A stretch of DNA of 64,000 bases, from contig CALKHU010000135.1 of NCBI GenBank assembly GCA_937991555.1, positions 1,787-65,786 of the forward strand. The letters run 5' to 3'. Positions 18,918 to 28,955 of the stretch are shown here, piece after piece (the stretch's first letter is position 1; every line of letters begins with the position of its first letter). The position numbers and the translations under genes are program-made. The notes below the pieces were generated by a model. The model did no database searches. It was not told where the DNA came from and saw nothing but the letters and a program-made list of their open reading frames with translations. The stretch comes from an uncultured Caulobacter sp. (GTDB lineage Bacteria > Pseudomonadota > Alphaproteobacteria > Caulobacterales > Caulobacteraceae).

Positions 18918-21085
18918 GGGCGCTTCTCCCCGAGCCCGAGCCGCAACGCGTTCAGGATGACGACCAGCGACGAGCCGGACATCGCGATGGCCGCCACGAA
19001 CGGATTGACGAGGCCGAGGATCGCGGCGGGGGCCGCGACGATGTTGTAGGCCGCCGAGAAGGTGAAGTTCTCCAGCACGCGGCGGCGCGCCGCGCGGGCG
19101 ACCCTCACCGCTTCCGGCAGGGACGCCAGATCGCCGCCCGAAAAGACGAGGTCAGCCGCGTTCTGGCTGGCGTCGACCGCCGAGCCCGGGGCCATGGAGG
19201 CATGCGCCTTGGCCAGCGCGGCGGCGTCGTTGAGGCCGTCTCCGACCATCAGGACGCGGCGGCCGGCGGCCTGCAGCTGCTCGACCCGCGTGGCCTTGTC
19301 GAAGGGCGTGACGCCGCTGGTCCAGTGCGCGATGCCCACCTCGGCGGCCGCCCGCTCGACCGGACCCGCGACGTCGCCCGACACCACTTCCGCAGTCAGG
19401 CCGAGCGCCTTGAGGTCGGCGATGGCCCTGGCCGCGCCGTCGCGGACGGCGTCCTCGAAGGCGAACCGGACCTTCACATCGCCGTCGAACCCGAACCAGA
19501 GTTCCGTCTCGCCGGCGTGCCGGGAGTCCACGCCGACGAAGGCGGCGCGGCCGAGCCTGGCGCGGCGGCCGTCGATCAACCCCTCGACGCCCATGCCGGG
19601 GACCTCTGTCACTTCCGTAGCCACGTCGCCGCAGCCGGCGGTCTCCACCAGCGCGCGGGCCAGCGGGTGGCGGGAGGCGCGCGCCAGCGGCGCCGCCAGA
19701 GCGACGATGGACGCGGGGGCGTCGATCAGCCGGGGTCGGCCCTCGGTCAGCACGCCGGTCTTGTCGAGGACGACCGTGTCGACCTCGGCCAGTCGCTCGA
19801 GAGCGGCGCCCGACTTCACCAGGATCCCCCGGCGGAAGAGCCGTCCGCTGGCGACGATCTGTACCGCCGGCACAGCGAGGCCGAGGGCGCAGGGGCAGGT
19901 GACGATCAGGACCGCCGCGGCGCGCAGCAGCGCCTCGCGCGGACCCAGGCCGATGGCCCAGACGCCGACGAAGGCCAGCAGGGCGAGCGTATGGACGACC
20001 GGCACGTAGAGCGCGGCGGCTTTGTCCGCGAGGCGGACGTAGCGCGACTTGCTCTGGGCTCCGGCCTCCATCAGGCGCGCGATCTCGGCGACGGCGGAAT
20101 CCTCGGACCGCGCCTGGGCGCGGAGGACCAGGCGGCCGGACAGGTTCAACGCGCCGGCGTGGACGACCGACCCGGGCCCGACCTGGACCGGCGCGGTCTC
20201 GCCGGTGATCAGGGCGTTGTCCAGTTCCGACCCGCCCTGTTCGACGAGGGCGTTGACGGGGATGCGGTCGCCGGGAATCACCGCGAGGGCGTCGCCGACG
20301 TCGACGTCGCCGATCGGCACGACCCGTTCCATCCCGTCGGCGTCGATGCGCGTCGCGACCGGCGCCTGCAGCGCCAGCAGGTCACGGGCGGCGCCCCGGG
20401 CGCGGACGCGCAGCTTGTGGTCCAGGTACCGGCCGATGAGCAGCAGGAAGAGCAGCATCACCGCGGCGTCGAAGTAGGCGTGCTCGCCGTCCTGGATCGT
20501 CTCGGAGAAGCTGACGATCAGGGTCAGGATCACCCCGATCGAGATGGGCACGTCCATGTTGGCCCGGCGACGCTTCAGCGAGGCCCACGCCGACCGGAAG
20601 AAGGGCATGCCGGCGAACAGCGAGCAGGGCGTCGCGACGATGGCCGCGAACCAGTACATGACCTCGCGCGTGGCGGGCGTCAGCTCCTGGCCGAAGAAGC
20701 CGGCCCAGACCGGCACTGTGAACATCATCACATTGCCGGCCCCGAAGCCGGCGACGCCGAGCGCCAGCGCCAGGGCGCGGCCCTCGCGGTCTTCTTCGCG
20801 GATGGCCTTGGCCGGGTCGAACGGCGTCGAGGGATAGCCGGCGCGATCGAGGGCGTCGATCACCGCGGCGGGGTCGCCGGACGGTCCGGCGAAGGTCACG
20901 GCCAGCTTGCCCGTGGTCAGATTGAACCGCGCTGCGCCGACGCCGGGAGTCTCCCGCGCCGTCTTCTCGATCTTGGCGAGGCAGGCGCCGCAGCGGGCGC
21001 CGCGCACCAGCAACTCGAGCCGGCCGTGATCGTCGTCGCCCCGCGCGACGAAGGCCGACAGGTCCCGGGCGACGGTGGCGGTCAT
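18914..21085 (-). CDS. ccoI: Cu-translocating P1B ATPase CcoI/FixI
   Basis: CGAC, TGET, CPCALG, DKTG and GDGLND motifs. Confidence 0.93.
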   Translation of the reverse strand: MTATVARDLSAFVARGDDDHGRLELLVRGARCGACLAKIEKTARETPGVGAARFNLTTGKLAVTFAGPSGDPAAVIDALDRAGYPSTPFDPAKAIREEDREGRALALALGVAGFGAGNVMMFTVPVWAGFFGQELTPATREVMYWFAAIVATPCSLFAGMPFFRSAWASLKRRRANMDVPISIGVILTLIVSFSETIQDGEHAYFDAAVMLLFLLLIGRYLDHKLRVRARGAARDLLALQAPVATRIDADGMERVVPIGDVDVGDALAVIPGDRIPVNALVEQGGSELDNALITGETAPVQVGPGSVVHAGALNLSGRLVLRAQARSEDSAVAEIARLMEAGAQSKSRYVRLADKAAALYVPVVHTLALLAFVGVWAIGLGPREALLRAAAVLIVTCPCALGLAVPAVQIVASGRLFRRGILVKSGAALERLAEVDTVVLDKTGVLTEGRPRLIDAPASIVALAAPLARASRHPLARALVETAGCGDVATEVTEVPGMGVEGLIDGRRARLGRAAFVGVDSRHAGETELWFGFDGDVKVRFAFEDAVRDGAARAIADLKALGLTAEVVSGDVAGPVERAAAEVGIAHWTSGVTPFDKATRVEQLQAAGRRVLMVGDGLNDAAALAKAHASMAPGSAVDASQNAADLVFSGGDLASLPEAVRVARAARRRVLENFTFSAAYNIVAAPAAILGLVNPFVAAIAMSGSSLVVILNALRLGLGEKRP

Positions 21086-21564
21086 CGCCGCACCAGCCGG
21101 CGCTCGGCCGTGAAGCGGGCGCCGTCGGCGCCGACGGCGACGACGCGCACGTCCCAGGCTCCGTCGAGGGTGATCGGCGCGGCGTAGGCGCCGGGATCCA
21201 CGGCCTTCAGATCGACTGAACGACGGCCCTGCTCGGTCGCCGGACGTTCCAGCGTCGCGGTGACCTTGAGGCCTTCGACGGGACGCTGAGCGCGGTCGGC
21301 GATCGTGACCCGCAGCACGCCGCCCGTGTCCGTCAGGGTGGCGCTCCAGCCGAGGGCGTCCTGCCGCGCCTTGTCCTGGAGCGTACGGTTGTAGGCGAGG
21401 CCCGCCTCATAGGGATTGGTCGCGACCTGGCCCGAGAAGGTCCGGTAGGCGAGGACCATGAAGATCGCGTCGGTGACGATCACGATCCCGAAGAACAGGA
21501 CCAGGGCGACGAGAACATGCCAGCCCTTGATGGTGAAGGGCGGCTTCGGGGAGACGGCGGTCAT
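21082..21564 (-). CDS. ccoH: FixH/CcoH
   Basis: GWHVL..FFGIV..F.G....Y pattern; operon position. Confidence 0.9.
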   Translation of the reverse strand: MTAVSPKPPFTIKGWHVLVALVLFFGIVIVTDAIFMVLAYRTFSGQVATNPYEAGLAYNRTLQDKARQDALGWSATLTDTGGVLRVTIADRAQRPVEGLKVTATLERPATEQGRRSVDLKAVDPGAYAAPITLDGAWDVRVVAVGADGARFTAERRLVRR

Positions 21565-23072
21565 CGTGCGTTGGCCTCGCCGGACAGGAAGATGGAACGG
21601 GCCTCGACCGTCTCGCCCGTCGTCGAGGCGACGAAGCGGACCGGCATATTGGCGCTGGAGATCTGGTCCCGCGGCACCGTGACGAACACCCGCACGGCGC
21701 GGACCTGGTCGGGTTGGACGAGCACCGTCAGCGCTTCGCCGGATGCGGGTTCGCCCGGCGTCTTCAGGGTGTCGCCGCGGAGGCCCTCGGCCGTGACGCG
21801 GTACGTCTTCGGCTCGAAGGTGCGGTTGGCGATCTTGAGCGTGTAGCCGTTGCGGATCGCGCCGTCGCTGAGGCGGATGAACGTGGGATTGCGATCACGC
21901 AGGACGTGCAGTTCGGCGGTTCCGCGATGCGTCAGGCCCCAGAGCATGATGCCGCTGAGCAGCGACAGCGCCACGGCGTAGTAGATCGTGCGCGACCGGA
22001 CGAAGCGGTAAAGGCCCTTGTGCTCGCCCGCCTCGCGCGAGGCCACGGCGTGGTCGGTGTCGTAAGAGATCAGGCCCTTGGGGCGGCCGACCTTGGCCAT
22101 CACCTCGTTGCAGGCGTCGATGCACAGGCCGCAGTTGATGCACTCCAGCTGGGCGCCGTCGCGGATGTCGATACCCATCGGGCAGACCACGACGCACTGA
22201 TTGCAGTCGATGCAGTCGCCGCGACCTTCCCAGCTTTCGCTCTTCTTGTGCGGCCCGCGCGGCTCGCCGCGGTCGCGGCGGTAGGTGACCTGCAGCGAGT
22301 GCTTGTCGAGCATGGCGCCCTGGATGCGCGGCCATGGGCACATGTAGGTGCAGACCTGCTCTCGCATCGTGCCGGCGAAGATGTAGGTCGTCGCCGTGAG
22401 GATCGCGCAGGACACATAGGCGGTCATCGGCCCCTGGCCGATCCAGAAATCCCGCAGCAGCGTCGGCGCGTCGTGGAAGTAGAAAATCCAGGCGCCGCCG
22501 GTGCCGAAGGCGATGCCGAGCCAGACCAGATGCTTGCCGGTCTTGCGCCAGAGCTTGTTCAGACTCATCGGCGCCGCGTCGAGTTTCATGCGGGCGTTGC
22601 GGTCGCCCTCGAACAGACGCTCGACGGCGATGTAGAGGTCTGTCCACACCGTCTGCGGGCAGGCGTAGCCGCACCACAGCCGGCCGAACAGCGCCGTCGT
22701 GAGGAACAGCGCAAGGGCCGCCATCACCAGCAGGCCGGTGATGAAATAGACCTCCTGGGGCCAGAGCTGGATCCAGAAGAAGTAGAACCGACGACCGTCG
22801 AAATCGACCAGCACTGCCTGGTCCGGCAGGGATCCGGGACGATCCCAGCGCAGCCAGGGCACGATGTAGTAGACCGCCAGGGTGGCGATCAGCAGCACCC
22901 ATTTGATCATCCGCCACTGGCCATGGACCAGCTTCGGATAGATCGGCACGCGCGCCTTGTAGAGGCCGCCGCCTCCATCCGCCTTCTTGCGGACGGAGGC
23001 CGCGACCGAGACCGGACCCTGGCCTTCCGGGGAGCCGGCGGGACGTTTGGTGCGGTCGATGACGACGGTCAC
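21561..23072 (-). CDS. ccoG: CcoG/FixG polyferredoxin
   Basis: CGYACPQ, CTYMCPW and two CxxCxxCxxxC motifs. Confidence 0.95.
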   Translation of the reverse strand: MTVVIDRTKRPAGSPEGQGPVSVAASVRKKADGGGGLYKARVPIYPKLVHGQWRMIKWVLLIATLAVYYIVPWLRWDRPGSLPDQAVLVDFDGRRFYFFWIQLWPQEVYFITGLLVMAALALFLTTALFGRLWCGYACPQTVWTDLYIAVERLFEGDRNARMKLDAAPMSLNKLWRKTGKHLVWLGIAFGTGGAWIFYFHDAPTLLRDFWIGQGPMTAYVSCAILTATTYIFAGTMREQVCTYMCPWPRIQGAMLDKHSLQVTYRRDRGEPRGPHKKSESWEGRGDCIDCNQCVVVCPMGIDIRDGAQLECINCGLCIDACNEVMAKVGRPKGLISYDTDHAVASREAGEHKGLYRFVRSRTIYYAVALSLLSGIMLWGLTHRGTAELHVLRDRNPTFIRLSDGAIRNGYTLKIANRTFEPKTYRVTAEGLRGDTLKTPGEPASGEALTVLVQPDQVRAVRVFVTVPRDQISSANMPVRFVASTTGETVEARSIFLSGEANAR

Positions 23073-23077
23073 TTCGG

Positions 23078-23947
23078 TTACTGACCCGAGTTGGCGTGGA
23101 TGTAGACGGCGAGGGCCTTGATGGTCTCCTCGTCGAAGCGTTGGCCCCAGGCCGGCATGACGCCGTTGCGGCCATAGTGGATCTGGGCCGAGATCGCAGC
23201 GCGGTCAGAGCCGTAGAGCCAGTCGCCGTCCGTCAGGTTCGGCGCGCCCAGGGCCTGCTGGCCCTTGCCGTCGACGCCGTGGCAGCTCGAGCACTGGTCC
23301 ACGAAGGTCTGCGCGGCGCGACCGACGGCCGCCCGGTCGGCCTGACGGCCGGAGAGGGCGACGACGAACTCGGTCAGGTCCGAGACCTGCCTGGCGTCCA
23401 GCATGCCGTCACGGCCGAAGGCCGGCATCTGGGACATGCGGGCGTCAGGATCGCCGGACCGGATGCCATGCTTCAGCGTGGTCTGGATGTCCTGCAGGCT
23501 GCCGCCCCAGAGCCAGACGTCGTCGCGCAGGTTCGGGTAGCCCTTGGCGCCGGCGCCGCCGGGTCCGTGGCAGGTCGCGCAGTTGTCGCCGAAGACCGAC
23601 TGGCCGACCGACAGGGCGTAGGCCTGAAGGGCCGGATCGCTCTCGATCTGCTCCAGGCTGGCGTTGGTCAGCCTGGCGGCGCTGGCGCCGCGCTGGGTCT
23701 TCAGGTCCGCGAGGGCCGTGGCCACCGCGCGGCGATCGGACTGGCCGAGCATGCCCTGGGTGTAGCTCTTGACGCCGGGCCAGGCCGGCATGGCCACCCA
23801 GTAGCCGACCGAGAACAGCACGGTGGCCCAGAACACCCACAGCCACCAGCGGGGCAGGGGATTGTCGAGTTCACGAATGCCGTCCCACTCGTGGCCCGTC
23901 GTGTCGACGCCGCTGACGGCGTCCTTTTCGCGTTGGGATTCGCTCAT
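23078..23947 (-). CDS. ccoP: cbb3 oxidase subunit III
   Basis: GHEWDGIRELDNPLPRWW; CATCH and CSSCH. Confidence 0.96.
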   Translation of the reverse strand: MSESQREKDAVSGVDTTGHEWDGIRELDNPLPRWWLWVFWATVLFSVGYWVAMPAWPGVKSYTQGMLGQSDRRAVATALADLKTQRGASAARLTNASLEQIESDPALQAYALSVGQSVFGDNCATCHGPGGAGAKGYPNLRDDVWLWGGSLQDIQTTLKHGIRSGDPDARMSQMPAFGRDGMLDARQVSDLTEFVVALSGRQADRAAVGRAAQTFVDQCSSCHGVDGKGQQALGAPNLTDGDWLYGSDRAAISAQIHYGRNGVMPAWGQRFDEETIKALAVYIHANSGQ

Positions 23948-24099
23948 TGATCGTCGTCCGCGAGAGGGAGGTGCTTGGCGCGGGTGAAGGCTTCGCGATT
24001 GCCCGGCCAGAAGGCGTAGGCGCAGCCGGCCAGGAAGATGAGGGCGAAGTAGATCAGCCCTCCCTGCTGGGCGATGCGCGCGATGGTTTCATAGGTCAT
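23944..24099 (-). CDS. ccoQ: cbb3 oxidase subunit IV
   Basis: Not in the ORF track. MTYETIARIAQQGGLIYFALIFLAGCAYAFWPGN.., between ccoO and ccoP. Confidence 0.9.
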   Translation of the reverse strand: MTYETIARIAQQGGLIYFALIFLAGCAYAFWPGNREAFTRAKHLPLADDDQ

Positions 24100-24110
24100 G
24101 TGGCGCGCTC

Positions 24111-24854
24111 CTAGCGTTGGTTGGCCGGTTCGGCCGCCTGGTAGGTGCGCAGGTCCACCATGGTCCCGAGCATCTGCAGATAGGCGATGAGGGCGTCCAT
24201 CTCGGTGATCCGGTCGGGATCGCCGTCGAAGTCGCGGTTCACCACCTTGGCGCCGTAGCGCTTGCGGAGGGCGACCGCGTCCGTGGAGAACGGATCGGCC
24301 TGGGCCTGCAGGTCGGTGACGGCGTTGTCGAGCGCGTCCTGCGTATAGGGCACCCCGAGCGCGGTCATGGCCTGCATCTTGGCGCGGATGTCAGAGACCG
24401 GCAGGTCCTTGCTCGCGAGGAAGGCGTACGGCGGCATCACCGATTCCGGCACCACCGAGCGCGGGTCGACCAGGTGGTCGCGGTGCCAGGTGTCCGAGTA
24501 CTTGCCGCCGACCCGGGCCAGGTCAGGACCCGTGCGCTTGGAGCCCCACTGGAAGGGGTGGTCGTACATGCTCTCGGCCGCCAGGCTGTAGTGGCCGTAG
24601 CGTTCGACCTCGTCCCGCAGGGGGCGGATCATCTGCGAGTGGCAGGTGTAGCAGCCCTCGCGGATGTAGATATCGCGCCCCGCCAGCTCGAGCGGCGTGT
24701 AGGGGCGCACCCCGTCCACCTTCTCGATCGTGCTCTGCAGCCAGAACAGCGGGGCGATCTCGACGAGGCCGCCGATCGAGACGACGACCACGATGCCGAT
24801 GATCAGCAGGAGCGAGTGACGCTCGAGTTTGCCGTGATGTTTCCAGAGTGACAT
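24111..24854 (-). CDS. ccoO: cbb3 oxidase subunit II
   Basis: [11 protein letters not shown] and [12 protein letters not shown] motifs. Confidence 0.96.
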   Translation of the reverse strand: MSLWKHHGKLERHSLLLIIGIVVVVSIGGLVEIAPLFWLQSTIEKVDGVRPYTPLELAGRDIYIREGCYTCHSQMIRPLRDEVERYGHYSLAAESMYDHPFQWGSKRTGPDLARVGGKYSDTWHRDHLVDPRSVVPESVMPPYAFLASKDLPVSDIRAKMQAMTALGVPYTQDALDNAVTDLQAQADPFSTDAVALRKRYGAKVVNRDFDGDPDRITEMDALIAYLQMLGTMVDLRTYQAAEPANQR

Positions 24855-24864
24855 GTCGCCGACC

Positions 24865-26508
24865 TCACGCGGCTGCCGGCAGCGGCGCGCTGAGCGCGTC
24901 GGTGCGTTCGACGGACGGCAGCTTCACCGTGCGCCACAGGTTGAAGATCATGATCAGGATGCCGGACAGGTACATCAGGCCGCCGAGCATGCGGATGACG
25001 TTCTCGATGTGCTTGGCCGAGACCGTCTCGATGAAGCTCCAGGCGAGGAAGCCTTCGGGCGTGTATTCCCGCCACATCAGGCCTTCCATGATGCCGGAGA
25101 CCCACATCGCGCAGATGTAGAGCAGGATCCCGGTGGTCGCGATCCAGAAGTGCCACTCGACCAGGCGGTTCGAGTACAGGCCGTTCTTCTTCCACAGCCA
25201 CGGCACCAGGCAGTACATCGCGCCGAAGCTGATGAAGCCGACCCAGCCGAGCGCGCCGGAATGCACGTGGCCGATGGTCCAGTCGGTGTAGTGGCTGAGG
25301 GCGTTGACCGCCCGGATCGACATCACCGGGCCTTCGAAGGTCGACATGCCGTAGAAGGCGATCGAAACGACCATCATCCGGACGACCGGGTCGGTGCGCA
25401 GCTTGTCCCACGCGCCCGAAAGGGTCATCAGGCCGTTGATCATGCCGCCCCAGCTGGGCATCCACAGCATGATCGAGAAGGTCATGCCCAGGGTCTGCGC
25501 CCACTGCGGCAGCGCCGTGTAGTGCAGGTGGTGCGGGCCGGCCCAGATGTAGATGAAGATCAGCGCCCAGAAGTGCACGATCGACAGGCGGTAGCTGTAG
25601 ACCGGCCGCTCAACGCGCTTGGGCACGAAGTAGTACATCATGGCCAGGAAGCCGGCGGTCAGGAAGAAGCCGACCGCGTTGTGGCCGTACCACCACTGGG
25701 TGAGGGCGTCCTGCACGCCGGAGAACAGCGAGTAGCTGCGGTGATGCAGCGGGCTGACCGGCAGCGCGAGGTTGTTGACCACGTGCAGCAGCGCGATGGT
25801 CACGATGAACGCCAGGTAGAACCAGTTGGCGACGTAGATGTGGGGTTCCTTGCGCTTCCAGATCGTGCCCAGGAAGACGAGCAGGTACGCGACCCAGACG
25901 ATGGTCAGCCACAGGTCGACCAGCCATTCCGGCTCGGCGTACTCCTTCGACTGGGTGATCCCGGCCAGGTAGCCGGTGGCCGCCAGCACGATGAACAGCT
26001 GGTAGCCCCAGAACACGAACCACGAGAGCATGCCGCCGAACAGCCGCGCCCGGCAGGTCCGCTGCACGACGTAGAAGGACGTGCAGATCAGGGCGTTGCC
26101 GCCGAAGGCGAAGATCACCCCCGAGGTGTGCAGCGGGCGCAGCCGGCCGAAGTTCAGCCAGCCGATCTCAGGGAAGTAGAGCAGGTCGGGCCAGGACAGC
26201 TGGGCGGCGATCACCACCCCGACGAGCATGCCCACCGCGCCCCAGAACATGGTCGCGATGACGCCCGCCTTGACGACGCCGTCCATGTAGCGGTCCGGTT
26301 CGTCGCGGAAGAGCTTGCCGCTGACGCCCGCCGTCAGGGCGAAGCCGGCGATGACCGCCGCGGCGACGAAGATGAGCGCCTGAAACCTGAACAGCGGATC
26401 ATCGCTGAACAGGGCGGCGAAGAAGAATAGCAGGCCGCCGATCACCGTTGAGGCCAGCAGCGCTGACCCTCCCGGTGTCGGGGCGGATGTTTTGGCGAGT
26501 TGGCTCAT
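24865..26508 (-). CDS. ccoN: cbb3 oxidase subunit I
   Basis: [23 protein letters not shown] and GHVHSG motifs. Confidence 0.97.
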   Translation of the reverse strand: MSQLAKTSAPTPGGSALLASTVIGGLLFFFAALFSDDPLFRFQALIFVAAAVIAGFALTAGVSGKLFRDEPDRYMDGVVKAGVIATMFWGAVGMLVGVVIAAQLSWPDLLYFPEIGWLNFGRLRPLHTSGVIFAFGGNALICTSFYVVQRTCRARLFGGMLSWFVFWGYQLFIVLAATGYLAGITQSKEYAEPEWLVDLWLTIVWVAYLLVFLGTIWKRKEPHIYVANWFYLAFIVTIALLHVVNNLALPVSPLHHRSYSLFSGVQDALTQWWYGHNAVGFFLTAGFLAMMYYFVPKRVERPVYSYRLSIVHFWALIFIYIWAGPHHLHYTALPQWAQTLGMTFSIMLWMPSWGGMINGLMTLSGAWDKLRTDPVVRMMVVSIAFYGMSTFEGPVMSIRAVNALSHYTDWTIGHVHSGALGWVGFISFGAMYCLVPWLWKKNGLYSNRLVEWHFWIATTGILLYICAMWVSGIMEGLMWREYTPEGFLAWSFIETVSAKHIENVIRMLGGLMYLSGILIMIFNLWRTVKLPSVERTDALSAPLPAAA

Positions 26509-26569
26509 TGGCCCGTCAGTCCCCACACGGTTGTCGGGCCCGGGCTACGGCCTGCGGAGAGGGGTCGCC

Positions 26570-26583
26570 TTGATCCATATCAA
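26570..26583. promoter_or_regulatory. Perfect FNR/FixK box TTGATCCATATCAA
   Basis: Exact TTGAT-N4-ATCAA upstream of ccoN. Confidence 0.9.
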
Positions 26584-26635
26584 GGTCGCGGCCCGCGAGG
26601 CGCGGGATGTTGCGTCGCACACGATGGAGATGCCC

Positions 26636-26881
26636 ATGAACGTCCGCGCCCTGACCGCCAAGGCCCCCCTGGAAGCCATTACGCTGCACAGCGGTGCGGG
26701 GGCGCTGGTGCTGTGGTTCGCCGTTCTCTGGAACGAGGCGCCGCGCTGGGCCTACGGCGCGATCTGCAGCGAGGCCCAGGGGCTGATCGGACATTGCCCG
26801 CTGTGCCTGCCCGCCGCGGCCCTGACGGTGATCAGCCTGGCCGGCGGCCTGCGTCTTCTGCAGCAGTGCGGGCGCGACTAG
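26636..26881 (+). CDS. Small membrane protein with C-x8-HCPLC motif
   Basis: GGAG RBS, two hydrophobic segments, divergent from ccoN. Confidence 0.55.
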   Translation: MNVRALTAKAPLEAITLHSGAGALVLWFAVLWNEAPRWAYGAICSEAQGLIGHCPLCLPAAALTVISLAGGLRLLQQCGRD

Positions 26882-27318
26882 ACCGTGGCCTGGACGAGCG
26901 TCGAAAGGACCGCGCCTGGCCCACGCGACAGGGCGGTCCGCAGCGCACGGTCGGCGACTCCCGTCTCGACCTTGAGCCGCTTGCATCCGAGTTGCTGGGC
27001 GACCCGCGTCAGCCCGTCGGCCAGCGCGCGCACGGTCGGCGCGCTGTCGACCAGCGAGACCGCCACGACGCGCTCCACCCACAGAACCTTCCCCGGACCA
27101 ACGTCCGACCGCGTCTCGTACGGCGCGAAGCCGACGATGCGCCCGGCCTTGTCGCGCGCCAGCAGCGCGCCGCCGCGGCCGGCGGCCCAGCGCTTGCCCA
27201 GCCGCCGCCAGCGCGCCGGCGTAAGGTCGGGGAAAGCCAGTCTCGCCAGACCGAATGCCGCGTCGGCGTCGGTCAGCGCGAACCTCGAGACGGTGATACT
27301 GGAGATGGCCTCACTCAT
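26878..27318 (-). CDS. Hypothetical protein, GNAT-like pattern
   Basis: LLARDKAGRIVGF..LWVERV..AQQLGCKRL pattern. Confidence 0.6.
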   Translation of the reverse strand: MSEAISSITVSRFALTDADAAFGLARLAFPDLTPARWRRLGKRWAAGRGGALLARDKAGRIVGFAPYETRSDVGPGKVLWVERVVAVSLVDSAPTVRALADGLTRVAQQLGCKRLKVETGVADRALRTALSRGPGAVLSTLVQATV

Positions 27319-27353
27319 GGCGAGTATCCTGCCGGTGGCCGCCCTCGGAATCG

Positions 27354-27367
27354 TTGACCTGCGTCAA
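27354..27367. promoter_or_regulatory. FNR/FixK box TTGACCTGCGTCAA
   Basis: About 20 bp upstream of the fnrN-like gene, a typical autorepression position. Confidence 0.8.
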
Positions 27368-27387
27368 GACCGCGCGGAGCCCTGCCC

Positions 27388-28134
27388 ATGATCGCCCTCG
27401 ACTCGACAATGCCCTGTGCGGAAGCGCCGGATGTCTGCGCGACCTGTTCGGCGCGCCGCCTCAGCGTCTGCTCGGTGCTGCGCGACGACGGGCTGCGCAA
27501 GCTGAACGCGGTCGCCGACCACGTCGTGTTCGAGCCCGGCGAGGTGCTCGTGCGCGAGGGCGATGCGGCGACCCGCCTGTTCAACATCACCTCCGGCGAC
27601 GTGCGGGTCCACAAGCTGCTCGCCGATGGCCGGCGGCAGATTGTCGGGTTCCTGTCGGCGGGGGACTTCCTGGGCCTGGCCAGCGGCGACCGCTACGCCT
27701 TCACGGCAGAGGCGCTGACCCGCGGCGGCGCCTGCCGCTTCCGCAAGACCGACTACCGCCGGCTGCTGGGCGAGATGCCCGATCTGGAGCACGCGCTGCT
27801 CGACCGCGCGGCCCACGAGCTGAAGGCCGCCCACGACCAGATGCTGCTGCTGGGGCGCAAGACCGCCATGGAGCGGCTGGCGACCTTCCTCGTCGGCCTC
27901 TCGCAGCGCTCGCGGCGCGCCGGCGGCGATGGGCGGCTGCTCGACCTGCCCATGACGCGGGCGGAGATCGCCGACTACCTGGGCCTGACGACCGAGACCG
28001 TCAGCCGCAACACCACCCGCCTGAAGACGCGGGGGGTGATCCGGCTGCTGTCGATGCACAGTCTCAGAATCGAGAAACCCGGCGAGCTCCTGGAGCTCGC
28101 CGGGCTCGATCCCGACGGAGACGTCGCCGTCTAG
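27388..28134 (+). CDS. fnrN: Fe-S FNR-type regulator (FnrN/FnrL-like)
   Basis: N-terminal C-x2-C-x7-C, a central Cys and ETVSR recognition helix. Confidence 0.8.
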   Translation: MIALDSTMPCAEAPDVCATCSARRLSVCSVLRDDGLRKLNAVADHVVFEPGEVLVREGDAATRLFNITSGDVRVHKLLADGRRQIVGFLSAGDFLGLASGDRYAFTAEALTRGGACRFRKTDYRRLLGEMPDLEHALLDRAAHELKAAHDQMLLLGRKTAMERLATFLVGLSQRSRRAGGDGRLLDLPMTRAEIADYLGLTTETVSRNTTRLKTRGVIRLLSMHSLRIEKPGELLELAGLDPDGDVAV

Positions 28135-28778
28135 AACTTCCGGCCGAGGCCGACCGAGACGACCCACGGATCCAGTTCGACGTCGGCCTTCAGCGCGCCG
28201 CCGTTGATGCTGGCTTCCGTGTCGAAGAACACCTTCTTGGCGTCGACGTTGACCGACCAGGGGCCCTTCACCGCGATGTCCACGCCAGCCTGCAGCGAGT
28301 AGCCGAAGCCGTCGTCCAGATCGACCTTGAAGCCGTTCTTGTCGCTGCCGCTGTAGAACAGCATGTAGTTCAGGCCGGCGCCCACATAGGGGCTGACGCG
28401 CGCGGCTGGCATCGGGTGGTACTGGACCGACACGACCGGCGGCAGGACCCAGGTTTCGTGGACACGCACGGGGGCCACGCCGCCGACGGCGTCGATCTCG
28501 TGCTTGGAGGTGCCGAGGATGAGCTCGACGGCCACCTTGTCGGTCACGAAGTACGAGATGCCGAGGCTGGGGATGGTGTCGTCGCTGACCGAGGCCGACA
28601 GCCCCGTCGCCGCGCCCGCGGCGGTCTTGATCGGACCGGATTCATCCGGCGCGACCGAGGTCGCGCGGAAATTCACCATCCAGGTGCCCGCGGCCTTGGG
28701 TTCGAAGTCCTGGGCGCCGGCGGCCGAGGCGCCGGCGAGCAAGGCGATGGCGGCAGCCGCGCCGAGCAGAGTTTTCAT
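28131..28778 (-). CDS. ompW: Outer-membrane protein OmpW
   Basis: Signal peptide, LPP..QYH, PYVGAGLNY, DPWV..G..F. Confidence 0.92.
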   Translation of the reverse strand: MKTLLGAAAAIALLAGASAAGAQDFEPKAAGTWMVNFRATSVAPDESGPIKTAAGAATGLSASVSDDTIPSLGISYFVTDKVAVELILGTSKHEIDAVGGVAPVRVHETWVLPPVVSVQYHPMPAARVSPYVGAGLNYMLFYSGSDKNGFKVDLDDGFGYSLQAGVDIAVKGPWSVNVDAKKVFFDTEASINGGALKADVELDPWVVSVGLGRKF

Positions 28779-28853
28779 GGTCTATCCCCTTGTTCTTTCT
28801 GCGGTTTCAACCGCCTGACACGGGTCTTTTGCGCCTCTCTTCCGGATGCATCG

Positions 28854-28867
28854 CTGACCTGGATCAA
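28854..28867. promoter_or_regulatory. FNR/FixK box CTGACCTGGATCAA
   Basis: One mismatch, upstream of ompW. Confidence 0.7.
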
Positions 28868-28886
28868 TCGTTGTTCCCGCGACCCG

Positions 28887-28923
28887 AAAAAAGAGACCCC
28901 CGGTCAGCAGGGCTGACCGGGGG
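28887..28923 (-). terminator. Rho-independent terminator
   Basis: CCCCCGGTCAGC-AGG-GCTGACCGGGGG stem followed by TCTCTTTTTT on the minus strand. Confidence 0.8.
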
Positions 28924-28955
28924 CAAGGCCGGAGGACGAAAGATCGTGAGGCCGG

